Assembly (NCBI RefSeq): GCF_009914755.1
Contig: NC_060930.1
DNA: 64,000 nt
Reading direction: 5' to 3' (one strand)
Source: the human T2T-CHM13v2.0 reference genome, Homo sapiens
Positions 28,736 to 45,029 of this stretch are shown here, in pieces. The first letter of the stretch is position 1; each line of letters opens with the position of its first letter. The translations under genes and the position numbers were made by a program. The notes under the pieces are model-generated. The model did not search any database. It was given only the letters and a program-made list of their open reading frames with translations, and had not been told where the DNA came from.

Positions 28736-31219
28736 ATCTGAAAATTTGGGATAATTCCTTACAGGATGCATGTAAGGAATACATGATCGTGGTATATGTT
28801 TTTGCACCTTGCATACTGCTTGACAGATGGCAGGTAATCACGTTTATTAAATTTTAAATCTATATTAAAACTAATTAAATTCACATCACAGAAAAATAGA
28901 AACCAATGAGCCTCTGAAAGACTAGGTATATAAAAAATCTACAGAACACCTAGAGATTATATTTGATTTTATTTGGTTTTTCCATTAAATGTACTACATT
29001 TAGTAAATTCTTCATTCCTGTAAATTTCCAAAGATACTTTATAAATTCAAAAGCTTTTGGAATATACTGAACATCAAAACAGAAAAAAAAGTTACGATAA
29101 TTTGTTTCAGCTTTGTCAAAAATGATCACTTATACAATGTACCACTAGTAAAGGATCTCCTAAAGTAACCTCTGTAGTATATATTAACTTTTCCTATCTT
29201 CTTCCCTCAAGGGAAAAGCTGACACTAATTGGTTAGTTTCCTACATTTCAAAAGTTGCTGACATATTTCTCAAAATGGGTTCCTGATCCCATGGGATTTC
29301 TATGAGTTAAAGTTAGAAAAGACGAAAATGATGTGGTCAAAATGCCCTGAACAAAGCACTGGGAGGGGTTTATCCAGCAATTATAAAGAGGAACAGTCAT
29401 ATTGTTAACCAATTCCACCAGCTGATCACTTCTGGAAATGATTTACCACATTAAAGCTAACTGTAAGACATTGTGTGAGTGTGTGTGTACACATGCATAG
29501 AATAACTATAAGCTTCAATTTAAAAGTCACATATAAAATCAACTTGTTAACTCAGATTTACGACTTACACAAATATTTGAAACATCAAAAGGCTACCAGC
29601 TTTTAATTTTGTAGTATTAAGCCATTACCCAGCTGAGTGGCGATGAGGACAAAGTCATTTAATTTCTCTAGACCCAGTTCTCATGAGCTGGCAGGACAAG
29701 GAAGTCACTTCTAAAAGTTAACTACTAACAAGGACAGAATTGATCACCTCTCTTCACAGGCTCCTTAGGTTTCTTTTGTAGTCTTTCATTAACTTAATTA
29801 GGGTTCTAAAGCCTGACATTCCACGTAGAAGTAAAATGGGCCCAAATTTCAAATGCAGTAGTGAAACCCTCACAAAAAAAGATAAACTGAAAGCAAGCCA
29901 AAGATGTTTTCTTCCTGAATACGTATATTTGCTCCTGGTGAAAGGTAGAGCTGACACGCTGTGTGAAAGGAAACAAAGGACCAAAATTTCATAATTGCAA
30001 CCCATTATTTTAACCCAGAAAATATTAAATTGGGTATAAGGCATTAAAGAAATAGTATTACTTCCCCTTGACTCCATGCTTATAAGAAAAGATTCTTTGA
30101 TTTGTACTTCTTCTTAATTGGCATCAGGGCTCATTAATTAGGCCAGGTCATTTATTGAGTATCTGCTACACTATGAAAAGATTCTAAAGGACTAAAAGGG
30201 AAGTATACAGGATGCTGTCTCATTTACTATCTCACTGATAATGTATGGAAACATAAGATACTGCCTGTTTACATACTCAGTAAATGTTTATGAATATAGA
30301 AGAGTAAGAAAACTAATTAAATGTTGTATACAACTCTATTGTTGTTTCTAACAAATTAAGTTTAATGTCCTGATCTAATCAAGCACGCTGAAGAAAGAAA
30401 TACGTTGGAATTTCCCTAGTATGCATAGACTTCATATCTTGCATATTTATTGCTAGAACTACTCTTAGCAAATACTTCCATTTGCTGAAGTTTTAAACAC
30501 ATAATCTTTAAATTTTTATATTAGACACATCAAAAGTCTTTGAAAATTACATGATTTTTCCAGACAGATCTCAGGAAAACTTTGGGCTTTCATTGCCCTA
30601 TTTCACTGAAGCCTACAAGTTCAAGTCCCACTTATGGCCTCCTTCTATGGGTTCTTACATAAAATTTCCGTAGTTTGTAGGATGTGATGCTGGCCCAGCT
30701 GAATGAACCAGGGCCTGGTGCCCAACTCAAAGGCAGATTGCTGAGAGCTAGCCATGAGCCTCCAACGTGGGGCGCCCTGGTGTGTAGTTCTCACTAATGG
30801 ATGGGATGAGTCAACCCAACCATCCACTCTACCTAGGGAAGTGTAACTGGGAAACATTCAGAGAGAACCTAGAGGCCAGAGAGTGACACAGAAACAGAGA
30901 AGTACAAATACACAGGAGAAAGGGCTGTGAAGCAGTAAAAGCCATGAGAAAGAAGACAAGAAAGGCAAGGAGAAAAAAGTTAAGAGGAGGCTGAGGTACA
31001 GATGATTTTGCCACTTGGATGGTTCCCCAGTGGAACTGTGTTAGGCCTGTACAGCAGCTATAGAACTATCAACAATGCTGTGGAGTCCTGAATGTTGGTG
31101 AATCATCTTCCCTTTTCCTCTTTGCCTGCTGAGACTGTTTGTTTACTTCCCTATGTGTACTTGTAGAAAAGCTTCTCATTTACTGAGGAGTAAGGCGTAA
31201 AAGCGGGTCACGGGCGAAC

Positions 31220-31440
31220 GCATATGAGAAACTGGGTCCATATCTGAGCTCTGCCATCGTCAGTGTGACTCTAAGCAAGGCAATTAATCTCTCTGAGCCC
31301 ACTTTCTGCACACACAAAATGTGAATAAAAACACCTCACTGGTTGTGGTGATGATTAAATAAAACAAGGCATGTAAAGAGTTTAACATGTTGCCCGACAC
31401 ACATTAAGTGCTCAATGCATTTTAGGCATTATAATTACTT
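31220..31440 (+). mobile_element. MIR SINE
   Basis: ctgggtcc...gctctgcca...tgtgactctaagcaag...ctctctgagcc...gttgtggtgatgattaaat. Confidence 0.75.
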
Positions 31441-31739
31441 TTATTAAAAACCTAAGAATGTCTGTGATCTTTGCAATCTAAAAGAGCTTCATAATTTTTC
31501 CTAGTATAACACATAAATAGGAGGGACAAATATATGTGAAACCAGGCAAACTTACATTGTACACAAGCTCTTTATCAATATATACATTTAAAAATATACA
31601 CAACTATTTGGTATCCAAAAGATGGAGGAAGAAAGGAAGAGTAGAAAGGTCCTCTCCAGGTGTAAGGCAATGTGGGGTAATCTTTAGCTATGGAGGTTCA
31701 TACACTAGCTTTCATAAAATCTTAGTTGTGCCAAGGTAC

Positions 31740-32280
31740 TGCTGTGTAGTGGGGGTTTGTTCGAGGGATTTGAGGTTGATCTGGGAAAAAGACAGGACCA
31801 CAGAGGCAGTTAACACACAACAAGCTTTAATGAGTGGTGCTTTGTACAGGGTTGCATGGGAGGGCATCCAGAGGCTTAGGGTGAGGAGGTCACCATGCAG
31901 AAGGGGAGGAGGACAAAGGAACTCCCAAGGGAGAGGTGCATCGGAATGAGGGCTTAGGACTAAGTGATGTCACTTTGCAGCATGATGGAGTAACTCTATT
32001 ATCAGAAGACTTTGAAGGGCAGTAGCAGCTCGGTGTCTTAAAACCACAAAGCTCTATCTTATCAATGGCCAATAGATGCTAGGTAAGGTTTCACAGAACG
32101 TGTAAGGCAGGCTCTAAATGCTAAAAATCTGCTTGTTCGGGCTATTTTTAAAATAATTAGATGTATTAAAAATTAGTTTGGTGTTGGCGGGCTCTTGAAT
32201 TAACGGGTCTCAGCCTGCAGTGAGGAAATAACCTAGAGACCAACAGACAGAGGCCATGTTTGGCTCACTTATATAACAGT
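31740..32280 (-). mobile_element. Probable ERV solo LTR (family not assigned)
   Basis: GC-richer block with TG...CA-like ends and a reverse poly-A signal (gctttaat) in an LTR-like context. Confidence 0.45.
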
Positions 32281-32984
32281 CCGCTGTTTGTCATGAAAGG
32301 GAAGAAGTTCTGTGGTCCAGTGATACTCATGTCCCTGCTGTTCTTGGGGACACAAGGGGCTGTGTCTGATTCAGGCAAGGTCTGAGGTGGAAGAGCAATC
32401 TAACTCACTGATTGTTAAACCTGAAAGTGATGTGCCATTTCTCTTAAAACTACACTTAGGGTTGATGCTTTGAAAAACAGTGATTTTAAAAGCCTGACAG
32501 CAATTTCCATCAAACTTTGCTTAAAATTACTTGGCTGTCATATAAAAGTAACTTCTAGAGCTTTCAGATAAAATATTTTTAGGGTCATTGAATTAACCTT
32601 ATTTCTTTCAATCTTTGGTGGAACTGGAAAACAGAACGGAGAGACACAGATAAAAAGCAACTTGGGGGAAATTAATTCACAATCTCTCCAAACCTTCACT
32701 TATCCATTGGAAGAGAATTTCTCCATGGATCAAGAAAAGACGGCAATCTAACCACCCCTTCCACCGCTTATCTAATGCTATCCCCACCACCTACATTTCC
32801 TTATGGGAATGAAGATCTGGAGGGCCAGAAGGACAACTGGGCAGCAAGAGACCTGATACTAAGGCCGGTCTATCACAGCCACATGGCAGAGCAGGTCACA
32901 GTGGATAAGCCTGAGGCCAGCTGCCTCAGGGTCTGCCCTTCTACCCCTTAGTTCTCTCATCTTTCAAAAAGAATAACCCATTTT

Positions 32985-33130
32985 AACAAATGCACCACTG
33001 TGGGTTGAGGTGCTGAGACTGCGAGGTTGTGCCTGTGTGGGGACAGGGTGTATATGGGAACTCTCTATACTTTCTGTTCAATTTTGCTACAAGCCTAAAA
33101 CTGCTCAGAAAATACAGCTTACTAAAAAAG
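32985..33130 (+). mobile_element. L1M 3' end fragment
   Basis: acaaatgcaccact...ggacagggtgtatatgggaactctctatactttctgttcaattttgc...cctaaaactgctc. Confidence 0.75.
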
Positions 33131-33832
33131 TAAGTATTATCTCCCTTACAGCACAGTGAGGAGATCAGGTGTGACAGGGCACCTGACTAGAAGACACTCA
33201 ATGAGCCTGGCTGACCTTTATCCACTCACGCCACCTCCTCAGAGTCCGCCTAGGCTTCAGGAGGTTAAACAGATAAGGGAGAACTTAGGAAGGAAGTTCT
33301 CCTTCCTTTGATGCTTTGACCTTTAGCTGAACTCAGAGTGGGCAGAGCAATTACGGGAAAGGAAAGAAAAGAGGCTAATGTCACCAAGAGGTGACAGTGC
33401 AGAGCCTGATGTGACTCCGCCTTCACAAAGACTGCCTGCCTGGAGTCTACCACAATTACATCTGAAAGTATTTAGCACCCTCTCATGCAACAGGTATCAA
33501 GATGCCACCCAAGACAGTCTTAGGAATGATCCTTGTCCTCACATCATTCCTCAGTGAGCGAGGGCCACCTCCAGTCACCTTCTAGCTGTCATCACCCAGT
33601 ATGTGAAAAAAAGCCCTCTAGCCATGATAGTTTCCAATTTTACCCCATATGAAATTCAAATACTCATTCACATGCTTTGCTCTTTCAAATGCTGAAATAA
33701 ATGTATCCCCTTCTCTCTTTCCCAAAGGCTGTCAAGGTGTTCTATTTTCAAGATTCTTTACCCCAATGTTACAATGACAATCACTACTTAGTAGCTACGG
33801 TTGCGAGGATGAGAATTATAAATGGGAATAAA

Positions 33833-33957
33833 GCAGTATTGCCAGATTTAGGAAATGGAAATATTACACAGAACCTACTTATACTAAAAAAAAAAAAAAG
33901 TTGTTTATCTGAAATTCAAATTTAACTGAAAGTGCTATATTTCATCTGGCAACCCTA
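33833..33957. mobile_element. MER53-like hAT DNA transposon remnant
   Basis: Inverted termini ttgccagattta...tctggcaacccta; internal gttgtttatctgaaattcaaatttaactg. Confidence 0.75.
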
Positions 33958-36398
33958 GGACAATGGGATAGGACACATTCAGTTCCTGGTTCTGAGTCCA
34001 CTGTCTGCTCTCTGGTTTGTGCCCTGTTCTGTGGTAGGCTCGAAAAAGGGGTCAGAACATTTGAAGGGCCAGACAGGAACAGAACCACCAGGTCTAGGGC
34101 AACTAGAAGTGAATGGGAAACGTGACAAAACGAGAGTCAAGCCCCTCACTAAAGCTATTTAAAAAAAAAAAAAAATCAAAACTACGCTGGCTAAGGGTTA
34201 AAAAAAAAAATCCGTGAGCCACAGTTAGCCCACAGCCCAGCAGTTTGCACTGCAACCTCTACTTTACAGGCACGCGTCTAGAACTAACCACTCTGTTTTT
34301 AGGTCTGTGGGCATGTGGCTTCCCACCAGCCCTGGTTCCCATAGCTCTGTGAGGAGCTTCTATTCCACTTCTAGCATAGGCTGCCCTTCAGGGCCAGCTT
34401 CCCGGACTGCTCTGGTAGCAACATATGTGCTATCTCTTTGCCACAAATTAGCAAAAGTCTTTGAGATCTGAGGTGCATAAAGCATTATGTGTAAGCTTCT
34501 CAACAATTCTTTCACTGGATGAGCAGTAGTTTCACATTTTAGAAGTATTATTTTGTTCTACAAATCAAACTGTAGGAGCTGTCGTCATCATGGGTTATGG
34601 AGGCCGAGGCTGTAAAGGAGGAAGTGAATTAACTTTGTCAAACAGCTACCACACTGCACTGTGAGGGGAATTTGATATAATTTAACACATCCAATCCTTA
34701 CAACACCCTCTCTGGGGTATTATTATCCCTGTTTTACATATGAAGCTGAGGCCCAAGGTAGTGTAGAGAAGAGCAAGGCTGGAAACTCTCTCACGCTAAT
34801 TTTCTCCACTATACACTGAACAGAGCCCTCACTTTTTTGCTGCTTGCAAACCTCAGACAGTCATCTGAGGCCTCTGAGCCCTCCTGCTCCTCCATGCACA
34901 GAAGGCAGCTCTATCTGGGGTCTGAGAAGCTGTGGCCAGGCCTGGCACCAAAATGACACATGCCGAATCAGGACTGGGAGCTGGCTCAACTGAAGACCCT
35001 CACAGCACCACCTTTCCTTGCCTGCCCTACATCCTTCAATTCTCACAGCCTTCCTCCTCCTCCACTTCGGCTCTCAGCTCCAGCTCTGTACCTAACTTTT
35101 CTCCTCCTGCCCTGTATGCTACTGGGGCAGACAAGATGGTGTTGTCTTATTCGACCTGACCTGTCACTAGATTTATGGAAAACCATGAATTCCTCTCCTC
35201 ATGCCAAGCTGCTGTCTACAGCTCTGATATTTTCTGAAGTTTACTACCACCACGGGAGCTAATGTGGACCAGCTTCTCTTTCCTCTTTCTGTATTACTCG
35301 ACTTCTTGTTGCTATGTGTGCAATTCGTTTGTTGCCAGGTACTCGAGGTTGCCTCTTATCTACTGAGTGGAGAATATATATATATGGATGGGGATTTTCT
35401 TCAGATTGAGGTGTCCTGAATTCTCCTACAGCCAATTTTAATGTACTTCTAAGTTGGCAGGAGATATATAAAGAAACAGTAATTATTTAATGCTATTGCA
35501 TGAATTCTAATGTGCCACTGAGCATTAATTCCCCAGTGAAATGAAAGCGTGGTTAGCAATAGCAATTTCTTTAGAAAAAGAGTCAGAATGACTGATAAAG
35601 CCAGTTTTAAAAAATGAGAATTCTAGTAATCACTACTTGTAATGGACAGATTGTTCTGTTTCTAAGAAGTATCTCGTTCTCCTAAGGAAAACCCAGTGTT
35701 TCCAGTTCTAGCTAAAAAAATTGGATCATATGCATTTAATGGTTCTCTTTTTTTATGGCCAAATTTTGACATTATTTTATAAAAACTCTTGTGCTGTTAC
35801 CAAATGGCAGAGGGTACAGGGGAAAAGAAAAAGAATAAAGAAATACTTGACCAAAATATAAGTCCATTTCTCTAAAACATTCTAAGGGATTATAATTTAG
35901 CAACTCAAAAGTTAGAGGTCAGAAAAGGGCTTATTCATAGGTGAATATCTAGTCCATTCCTTTTTGGAAGGAAGCACTATTGCTGAGAACACTTTCCTTA
36001 CATAGAACAGTTTGGCATCAGCTTAGGGTCTACCATTTGTAGTTATTTCCTTATCAAAAATATCTGTCTTGTGGTTGATGACTATGGTCTCCAGGCAGAA
36101 GCTGTCACTGAGTTCAGAAGTTGTCACTTTGTGTTTAAAGGTTTAACCTCAGGGTTTTTGGTCTGTTTATTCGGCAGATTTTTAATTAACACGGAAACTT
36201 TGAATTCATTAGATTAGCCGTGCTAAGACCTCTGTGGTCAATGTGAGGCCAGCAAGTGACCCCTTGCAGGCCTGTGGTGACAGGTGATCTCCCTCACTTG
36301 GTCCCCAGGCCAAGATCTTACAGGGCTTTCCCAACATGGGAAGCATCAGCAACTACAGATCTTTAGTGATCAAGAGAAAAAGATACTCATTTTTGTGG

Positions 36399-36739
<341 letters not shown>

Positions 36740-37299
36740 TAAGGAGAGCTAAAAAAGTGTGCCATAGAAAACAAATACTATTTTCATGTAATGTCTAATC
36801 TCAAAAGTTTTTTTTTAATACTTGTAATAAAAAGGTAAGCCCAAACATTCTAACTCATACATATATCATTCCACAACTTCAAATTTTCACATTTTAATTT
36901 TTGCAGCAGTGACAAAATGATTTTTAAAATTGAAATGTGCTATCTTTAAAAGATTTGTTTATAGATTTGTCAACCTTATAAAGACTAAGCTTTTTCTTTT
37001 AGATTCCTTTTTTAAACTTTACAAATACTATGAGGTTATCACTAGTATTACTAGTAGTTAATAAAGTTACTAATTATTTAGTGATCGATGAAAATGAATT
37101 AGCTTGAATTTCATTAAAATGAGCAAAGTCAGATATAGTTACCTTTTTAAATTACATTTTTTTATTATTATTATTCTTTTTTTTTTTTTTTGAAACAAGC
37201 TATCCCTAGAGTCAAGCCCCATTCTTCAGTTAGCAAGAGGAGAATTGTAGGGCACAAGTATTTCCCTTTTATCCTTTCTTTTGTGTGTGTACGTTTTCT

Positions 37300-37930
37300 A
37301 AAACAGACTTTTTTTTAAACAGAAGTTTTAGATGCACAGCAAAACTGAGTGGAAAGTACAAAGTTCCTATATATCCTCTGTACCCCAAAGGCACAACCTC
37401 CTCACTATCAACATTACGCACGAGAATCGTACGCTTATTACAACTGATGGACCTACACTGACACATCATTACCACCCAAAGTCCATGATTTACATTAAGG
37501 CTCACTCTTAGTGTTGTATATTTCAATGGTTTTGACAATGTATAATGGCATGTATTTACTACCATAGTATCATAGAGTATTTTCACTGCCATGAAAATCC
37601 TCTATGTTGTGCTTATTCATCCCTCTCTCCAATCCCCAGTAATTTACTGTCTGCATAGTTTTGTTTCATCCAAAATATAATTGGAATCACAAAATACGTA
37701 GCCTTTTATATTGTAGCCATGTTACTTCTTTCACTTAGCAACATGCATTTAAGGTACCTCCATGCCCTTTTATTGCTTGATGGCTCATTTCTTTTTAGTG
37801 TTGAATAATATTTCTTTTTAGTGCTGAATAATATTCCATTGTCTGGATATACTGCAGTTTAATTATCCATTTACCTATTGAGGAACATCTTTGTTGCTTC
37901 CAAGTTTTGGCAATTATGAATAAAGCTGTT
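37300..37930 (-). mobile_element. L1MC/L1MD-type LINE-1 3' fragment
   Basis: cacagcaaaactgagtggaaagtaca...gatggacctacactgacacatcatt...ttccaagttttggcaattatgaataaagctg. Confidence 0.85.
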
Positions 37931-38424
37931 AAAGAAGAGACTTGCACAGTATAAGCATTTCCTTTTTGAATTAAGGCCAGAAATCACTATTTTCTTAATT
38001 AAAGGATTATGAATTGTAATTCTGTAAGTTATTATTATTTGAAGGTAGAATTCATAAAAATAGATTGGCCATAAAATGTCACATATTATAGGAAAATTTG
38101 TTTTTCCTAAAAAAAAAACAAAAAAAACCTTCTGAAGTAACTGTCCTTAAAATTGTCCATTATTAATAAGTGGAATATCCGTTGTCATCTAGAATCCATG
38201 ATCTTGTAAGATTCTGAAAGTAATCCTTTCATACTGCTGATAACAGTTTTACAAATTATTATCTGGGCATAACAATAATAAAAATGTATAAAAGGACTTT
38301 ACTTATGAAATGTAATACTACCAGAAATGCTGGTTCCTAAGGATAATCTTGGAGTAGCAACTAGTGATTCCACAAGACTTAAAATCCATAATTGGTGTGT
38401 CCCAAAAATGTATTTTCTTATCAT

Positions 38425-38670
38425 CATCCTTGTCACAGAAATAGCATTTACTGAACACTTACACATCAGGAAGTATGTAAAGCATTTCTCCGCTCATCCC
38501 TTACAACAACTCTGCAAGGAAGGTAGTCTCCCCAGAGAGAGTCCCATTGCACAGATGAAGAAATCAAGAGGTAAAGTAATTTTCCCAACATCAGATCTTG
38601 GTGGAGGAGGTTGGCTATGAACTCAGATTGAGTCTGAAGCCTAACATATATTACCTTGTACACTGTCCTG
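38425..38670 (-). mobile_element. MIR SINE
   Basis: agcatttactgaacactta...cttacaacaactct...cccattgcacagatgaagaaa. Confidence 0.65.
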
Positions 38671-39583
38671 AGCCAAATGTGTGACCCATGCAATCTGGGG
38701 GAAACTTGGCTTCCAAATAAAGTGTTACTCATGTGCTGTTGATATACATCTTTGTATGTTTCTGTTACTTATCTCATTATTCTGGAAAAATTTACATTAT
38801 GTTTAAGAGTGAGGCTTTCAGAAACATGACATGCAAAACCAACTTCCAATCTTTCTTTTTTTGAAAACCTTGCAGATACAGGGAAAGCATTAAACGTACT
38901 GCTATATTAAAAAAGTGAAAATATGAGTATCTCTTACTTCTGTACCCTGTAGGGAAAAAGTTACCTGACATATACTGAAACAGAACTTTGCTTTACATAC
39001 ATTTTAATAGCTAAAAGTTCTTTCCTTTGAAAGGTATCTGTTCACCTCTACTTGGGCATCCTACACGGGTTCTTTCATCACCATGAGTCTTGGTTTCATT
39101 GAGGATTGTATTTCATCACCAAAAGAACACCCTAATAATTTCATTTTGTGTTACTGAAAAGAGACATATTGCTCAATATTACTAGCTTGAATGTCAATAA
39201 TACTCTAAACATTGCCACTAAATGGCAATATCAGATTTCTCATTAAACACATGCAGAAAAAAAGTACTGAGATATGGATTATTTTTCAAAGCTCTCTTCT
39301 ATGGTTTCATCTAGACTTCTACATTACTAAGATTATCACTAAAAATGGCAAATGATTATTTTAGACTATATGTGATACAGTACCATCTTTAAGGCAAGCA
39401 CTAACATCTAATATGCCTGTATTATTACCACCCTAAAATCATATTTTCTATGGACTGAAGATCATCTGAGGTATTTTGTAAGTGATGGCAAATATTTCCT
39501 GGGCCTGCAAATGCATTACTCTAACCCTTCTGGTAGGGTTTTAAAATCTGATAGAGCCTGATTTTTTTTCTTCAAAATGGTAA

Positions 39584-39637
39584 AAATAATAATAATAATA
39601 ATAATAATCATCATCATCATCATCATCATCATTCATT
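39584..39637 (+). repeat. Compound microsatellite (AAT)n(CAT)n
   Basis: aataataat...aatcatcatcat... seen directly. Confidence 0.95.
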
Positions 39638-40201
39638 CTATTGTTGATGGATGGCAAGTGGCCAGCAATAAATATATGCCAGATTCAGCAACCTGTTAAA
39701 ATAGACTGCATTACTTAATATGAGCTTTGAATGCAATGACTTCCAATTTTCTTCAGCTATTTTATGGCTTAAAAATTGGGCAAAGACCGCCATAAATTTA
39801 GGAAGTAAAAGAAATGTCAAGTTTGTCAGCAGAGGTGAAATTGTTTTATTATTCCAAAAGACTACACAAAGCTGCAAAACAATAATAAAAATATGAATAT
39901 ATATTAGACCTACTGCAGATAATATAGATATATTTACCCCACAACCAAAACTCTTTTTCCTTTGCTTCTTGCTGAAACTGACAACTGTAAAAGCCTAATG
40001 TTCTTTCCTGGCCTCTTCACAGCTAGAAGTGGCTATTGGTCAAAGTTCCAGCCAATGGGACTTTTGTCAAGGTCAATGGGTATCTTTGCTTTCCCTCTTC
40101 CTTCTGCCTTGAAAAAAGGGGTGGCACATGCAGATATGCTGTCGCAGTGGTTGTTCTGCTGTCATAAATGAATTAAAAGCCAGGAGAACTGCAGTGGTAT
40201 C

Positions 40202-40496
<295 letters not shown>

Positions 40497-41793
40497 AGTA
40501 TCTTCTCTTAAGGATGGGTCAGCCAGTTGTGTTTAAAGTTCAAACTAAAGTTTGAACCACCACCAATCACTAAGGCATTTAGCATTTAAGTAGTTATACT
40601 CTGGTTGTTTTTTTAAAACTAGAGTGATCAGCTCAAAACTGGGCTATGTACTATTGCCCCAATTTGAGAAAACAGAAGTTTTTCTCTGCAGTATTTTTCA
40701 TATTATTTGGCAGCTGAAACTACTCTAAAGGTTTGACAGTGACAACTGTGTAATAATAAATAGTATGATTTACCAAAAAAATTACAGTAGCCAAGTCCTC
40801 TGATTAAGTTTTAAAGACTGATGTGGGCTTGGGGGAAGGCACAAACGGTTAAAAACAAAAAAAAAAAGAGGTATGTGGTCGGGGTTCCAGGATTCACTCA
40901 GAAAACAGCAACATCATGGAATAATTTGAGGAGTTTTTCTCCACTTTCTTTGAAAAAAGTAAAATATTTGACCAAAATCAAATAAATTATTCAAGTAAAT
41001 ATTGTTATCAAAGAAGGCTATATTTCTTGGTATAAACCTCAAATATTAAGGCATCTTCTATAATACAATTTATCTGTAGTGCTAGTAAAAACTGAATTAC
41101 CCCAATAATTACATACCACTCTGTTAATAACATTAAACAGCTTCAGCTTTGTGAAAAGGGGGTCTTGTTAAAAAATATTTTATAATAGTACTTGCATTAA
41201 ATACTACGTTTCTAGTCAGCAAAACTGATAATACTATTTGAAATGTTTAATTTTTACCTAATTTTACAGGGTATCATAGCTGAATTACAATTTCTCTTTC
41301 TCAAATGTAAAATTTTGGACTCTCAAATATGTATACGTGAAAGAATACAACTTTCTCCCCAAAGTTTTACTGTAACTACATGAAATCTTATTTAAAATAG
41401 GTCAGTATACTTGTGATCTTCTACTATCGATTTCCATATAAACTGACTCTCTCACACTGTTTTCTTTTCAATGTTTGAACAATATTAGAATTCCATATCC
41501 TTCATTTCTGGAAACAAGACTGTTGTTCCAAACAGAGAAGTATGACCTTCTACCATTGACAGAAAATACCTTCCCAGTACTGAATATAAAATGCTGTCCT
41601 TGGCTTAGGACTCTCTAACTTGATTTAAAATATCCTTGTGTAAAATGCTCCTCCAAACCAGAAGGATATTTTACCTTCTACAGGATCCTCTGTCAGGATT
41701 TATGAAGGATCTGTCCCTCTCGCCTGCTTCCTTGGTCCTGTCTCAGAAGGTCACCTTCCTAACAACTAACTACTCACCTTTGAATTTTACTGA

Positions 41794-42170
<377 letters not shown>

Positions 42171-44299
42171 TAAAAATGTTCCAGGGGCCGCAGCCCTCCA
42201 TAACAGTGGCCCACTCCTATAGAACTCACAGAGAAGGAAGGAGATCACAGCTTCCTGAGCCAGGCAGAAAGCAAATTCCCTAAGAGATTCAGTTGGGCAG
42301 CAGGGTGGAACCTGTCCTAGTACTGGACTCTCCAGACCAAATGCCATTCCCATGTTCCTTTGTGCCAGGCAGAACCATTCATTCCTTCCACAATCATCTT
42401 GAGCACCCACAGCTACATGGCCTATACTGCATTCAATTCCTGTCCACAAGGAGCTCACTGGTGTACAGCTGTATGTCTGTGATGATCTTATCCACATTAC
42501 TAAGTGTTGTCATTCTGGTTCCATTTCTGCTTTTTTTCTTCTCCTAGGCTTGACCCTCTCAGTACTGGGCCCTGCTCAGCTTAGACCAATTACTACTATG
42601 ATATGCCTTGCCAGTATTCTTTGGAATCCAGACTCAGATCTCCGTTCTATTCGCAGAACTAATGGTAACCACCTATTGTAAAGGAATTGTCTTCCTAGTA
42701 TGAGCTCTAGTCTTTGGGACCCTCTAGTCACTGGTCCAGAGTACCACAATAAAATGCCACTATGTACACCGAAACGAGGCAAGAAACATGGTCCTGTGTG
42801 TGCTATTTGCTACTACTCGGCCAGTCCTATTTATAGAAATTATATAATATACATAGACACTGATTCACTATAATCCAAGTCTCTCTTCCCCAGTGTTTAA
42901 TCCGTCTCTTTTCCCCAGATCAACTAATTATTGATGAAGACACTTAAGTATTTCCCCATATTTCACTGATAAAACTGTTGAGTTTTTTCCAAAAATGTCT
43001 TCAGCATAAGGCTCTGAATTAGGAAGTAGCAAACCAAGCTGTGGGTAACAATCATTTCAAAGTAGAAGGAAGGCCTTAACTAGTTTTCAACCGCTACGTA
43101 GCTGGGTCTTTGATGTGGTGCTCAGCACATAACTGAGCCCACAGCAAGGTGGTGGCTGACAGAAGACGTTCTCTGTTCTAATACCCTGACATCACAGGAC
43201 ACTGGCTGGACTTTGCCCAAACCCTTGAAAGGTGCCAATTATATTTAAGGCTGATCTCTCTTAATCACAAAGTCTGTGAAGAAGTACTTATCACTGTTAC
43301 ACCACTTTAGAGAGTGTCAGAAAAACAAACTAGTCAAATTGAACAAAAGATCGCATTATAAAATGTAGTTCTGCTGTAAGCTGCTTTTCCCAGGTTCTAG
43401 CCCTAATTTAAAAATATGGCAGACATGATCTGAATCAAAAAGGTTTTGTTTCTTCCTTTTAAATAAGGAGTCAGTGTGTTTCCCTTTATGCCTATAGATT
43501 CAAAGTTGTAATACAATGACCCAAAAATGATGCAGTGGTTATCATCCTCGCTGCAATTAACACCTTCCTTTTGCCATATTGATGTAAGCCACAAATTTGT
43601 TAAATACCATGAGACAAATGTATTTCTAATATGATCACAATCTCATATTTTTTTTAACCAATACTTAGCAATTGTATCATGTAATCAATTATCAAGTATT
43701 TTTAGCACTTAGTTGATGCCCAACATATCAGTGTTCTGCTTAATCTTAATGATGAACAACTGCAGGTTATTTTTGTTTGTGTCTTGTGATTTTCAGTTTC
43801 TCCAAGTAGGTTAACAGAGTGGAAGGTATGGGAATGTGCCCAGGTTCTTTCCTACATGATCCAGGATGTCAGTCTCAACAGCTTCTGCACCCTGTGGTCA
43901 TGCAAGTGTTGATGATTAAGTGACCTATCATCAAAAGGACAAATTCTGTAACCACAAGAATGAACAGAGTCTCAGATAGTCCTACAGAATCTTGTATGGA
44001 CAAATCAAATAGCTAAAATTGATAGGAGAGGTGGTGGAGAAAAAAGTAGTTGAAGAATACCCTAAATTCTAAATTATTCAATATACCTACGGGATGAGAC
44101 GGAGTGAAGAGAGCAAACACATAAGCCTTATATAATATTCAGAAATAAAAATAACAGTGGCAAAAACATTTGGGGACTTGCAAAATTTACCACTACTACA
44201 ATATAGGTAAATTCCACATAAGCAACTGTAATGCATAGTTATCTTAACTCTCACTGTGTTTCAACATACACAGTAACAGCAAGTTTCCAAATCCAAGTA

Positions 44300-44722
44300 C
44301 AGCTGACCCTTGAACAACATGGGTTTGAACTGTGGGAGTCTGTTTATACTTGGATTTTCTTCCACCTCTGCCTGAGACAGCATGAACACCTCTCCTCTTC
44401 CTCCTCCTCAGCCTACTCAACACGAAGACAAGGAATGAAGACATTTATGATGACTCACTTCCACCTGAATAAATATATTTTCTAACAATTTTTTAAATAA
44501 CATTTTCTTTTCTATAGCTTACTTTGCCATAATAATACAGTATATCATACATATAACATACAAAATACGTGTTAACTGACGGCTTATGTTTAGTCAGTAA
44601 GGCTTCCGGTCAGCAGTAGGCTATTGGTAGTTAAGTTTGGGGGGGAATCGAAAGTTATACGCAGGTTTTCAACTGCATGAGGGGTTGGTGCCCCAATCCC
44701 TGCATTGTTCAAGGGTCACCTG
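44300..44722 (+). mobile_element. Tigger2a-like non-autonomous Tc1/mariner DNA transposon, complete
   Basis: TIRs CAGCTGACCCTTGAACAA / TTGTTCAAGGGTCACCTG flanked by TA target duplications. Confidence 0.9.
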
Positions 44723-45029
44723 TAATTTCATCCTTATAATCTCCAGAAGAACCTCACTGGAAAATTAGAAAATGAGAACTCCCATTCAATGATTCACAGG
44801 ATCAGAGTATTTCTTACCCTTAATTATATATTCTAGAAGTTAAGCACACTCTTTTCCTGTGATATCTCTTTTTATAATCACCAGAACAATTATTTTCTAC
44901 TTTTCACTTTATTGTAGAACTCAGAGCCCTATGGCTCTCAGTCATGAATTTCCTCATTGTTAAAAGTCACTCATGATACATGAATATTTTATTTGACAAT
45001 GAAGTTGTTACTAAAAAAATAAAAGGCCA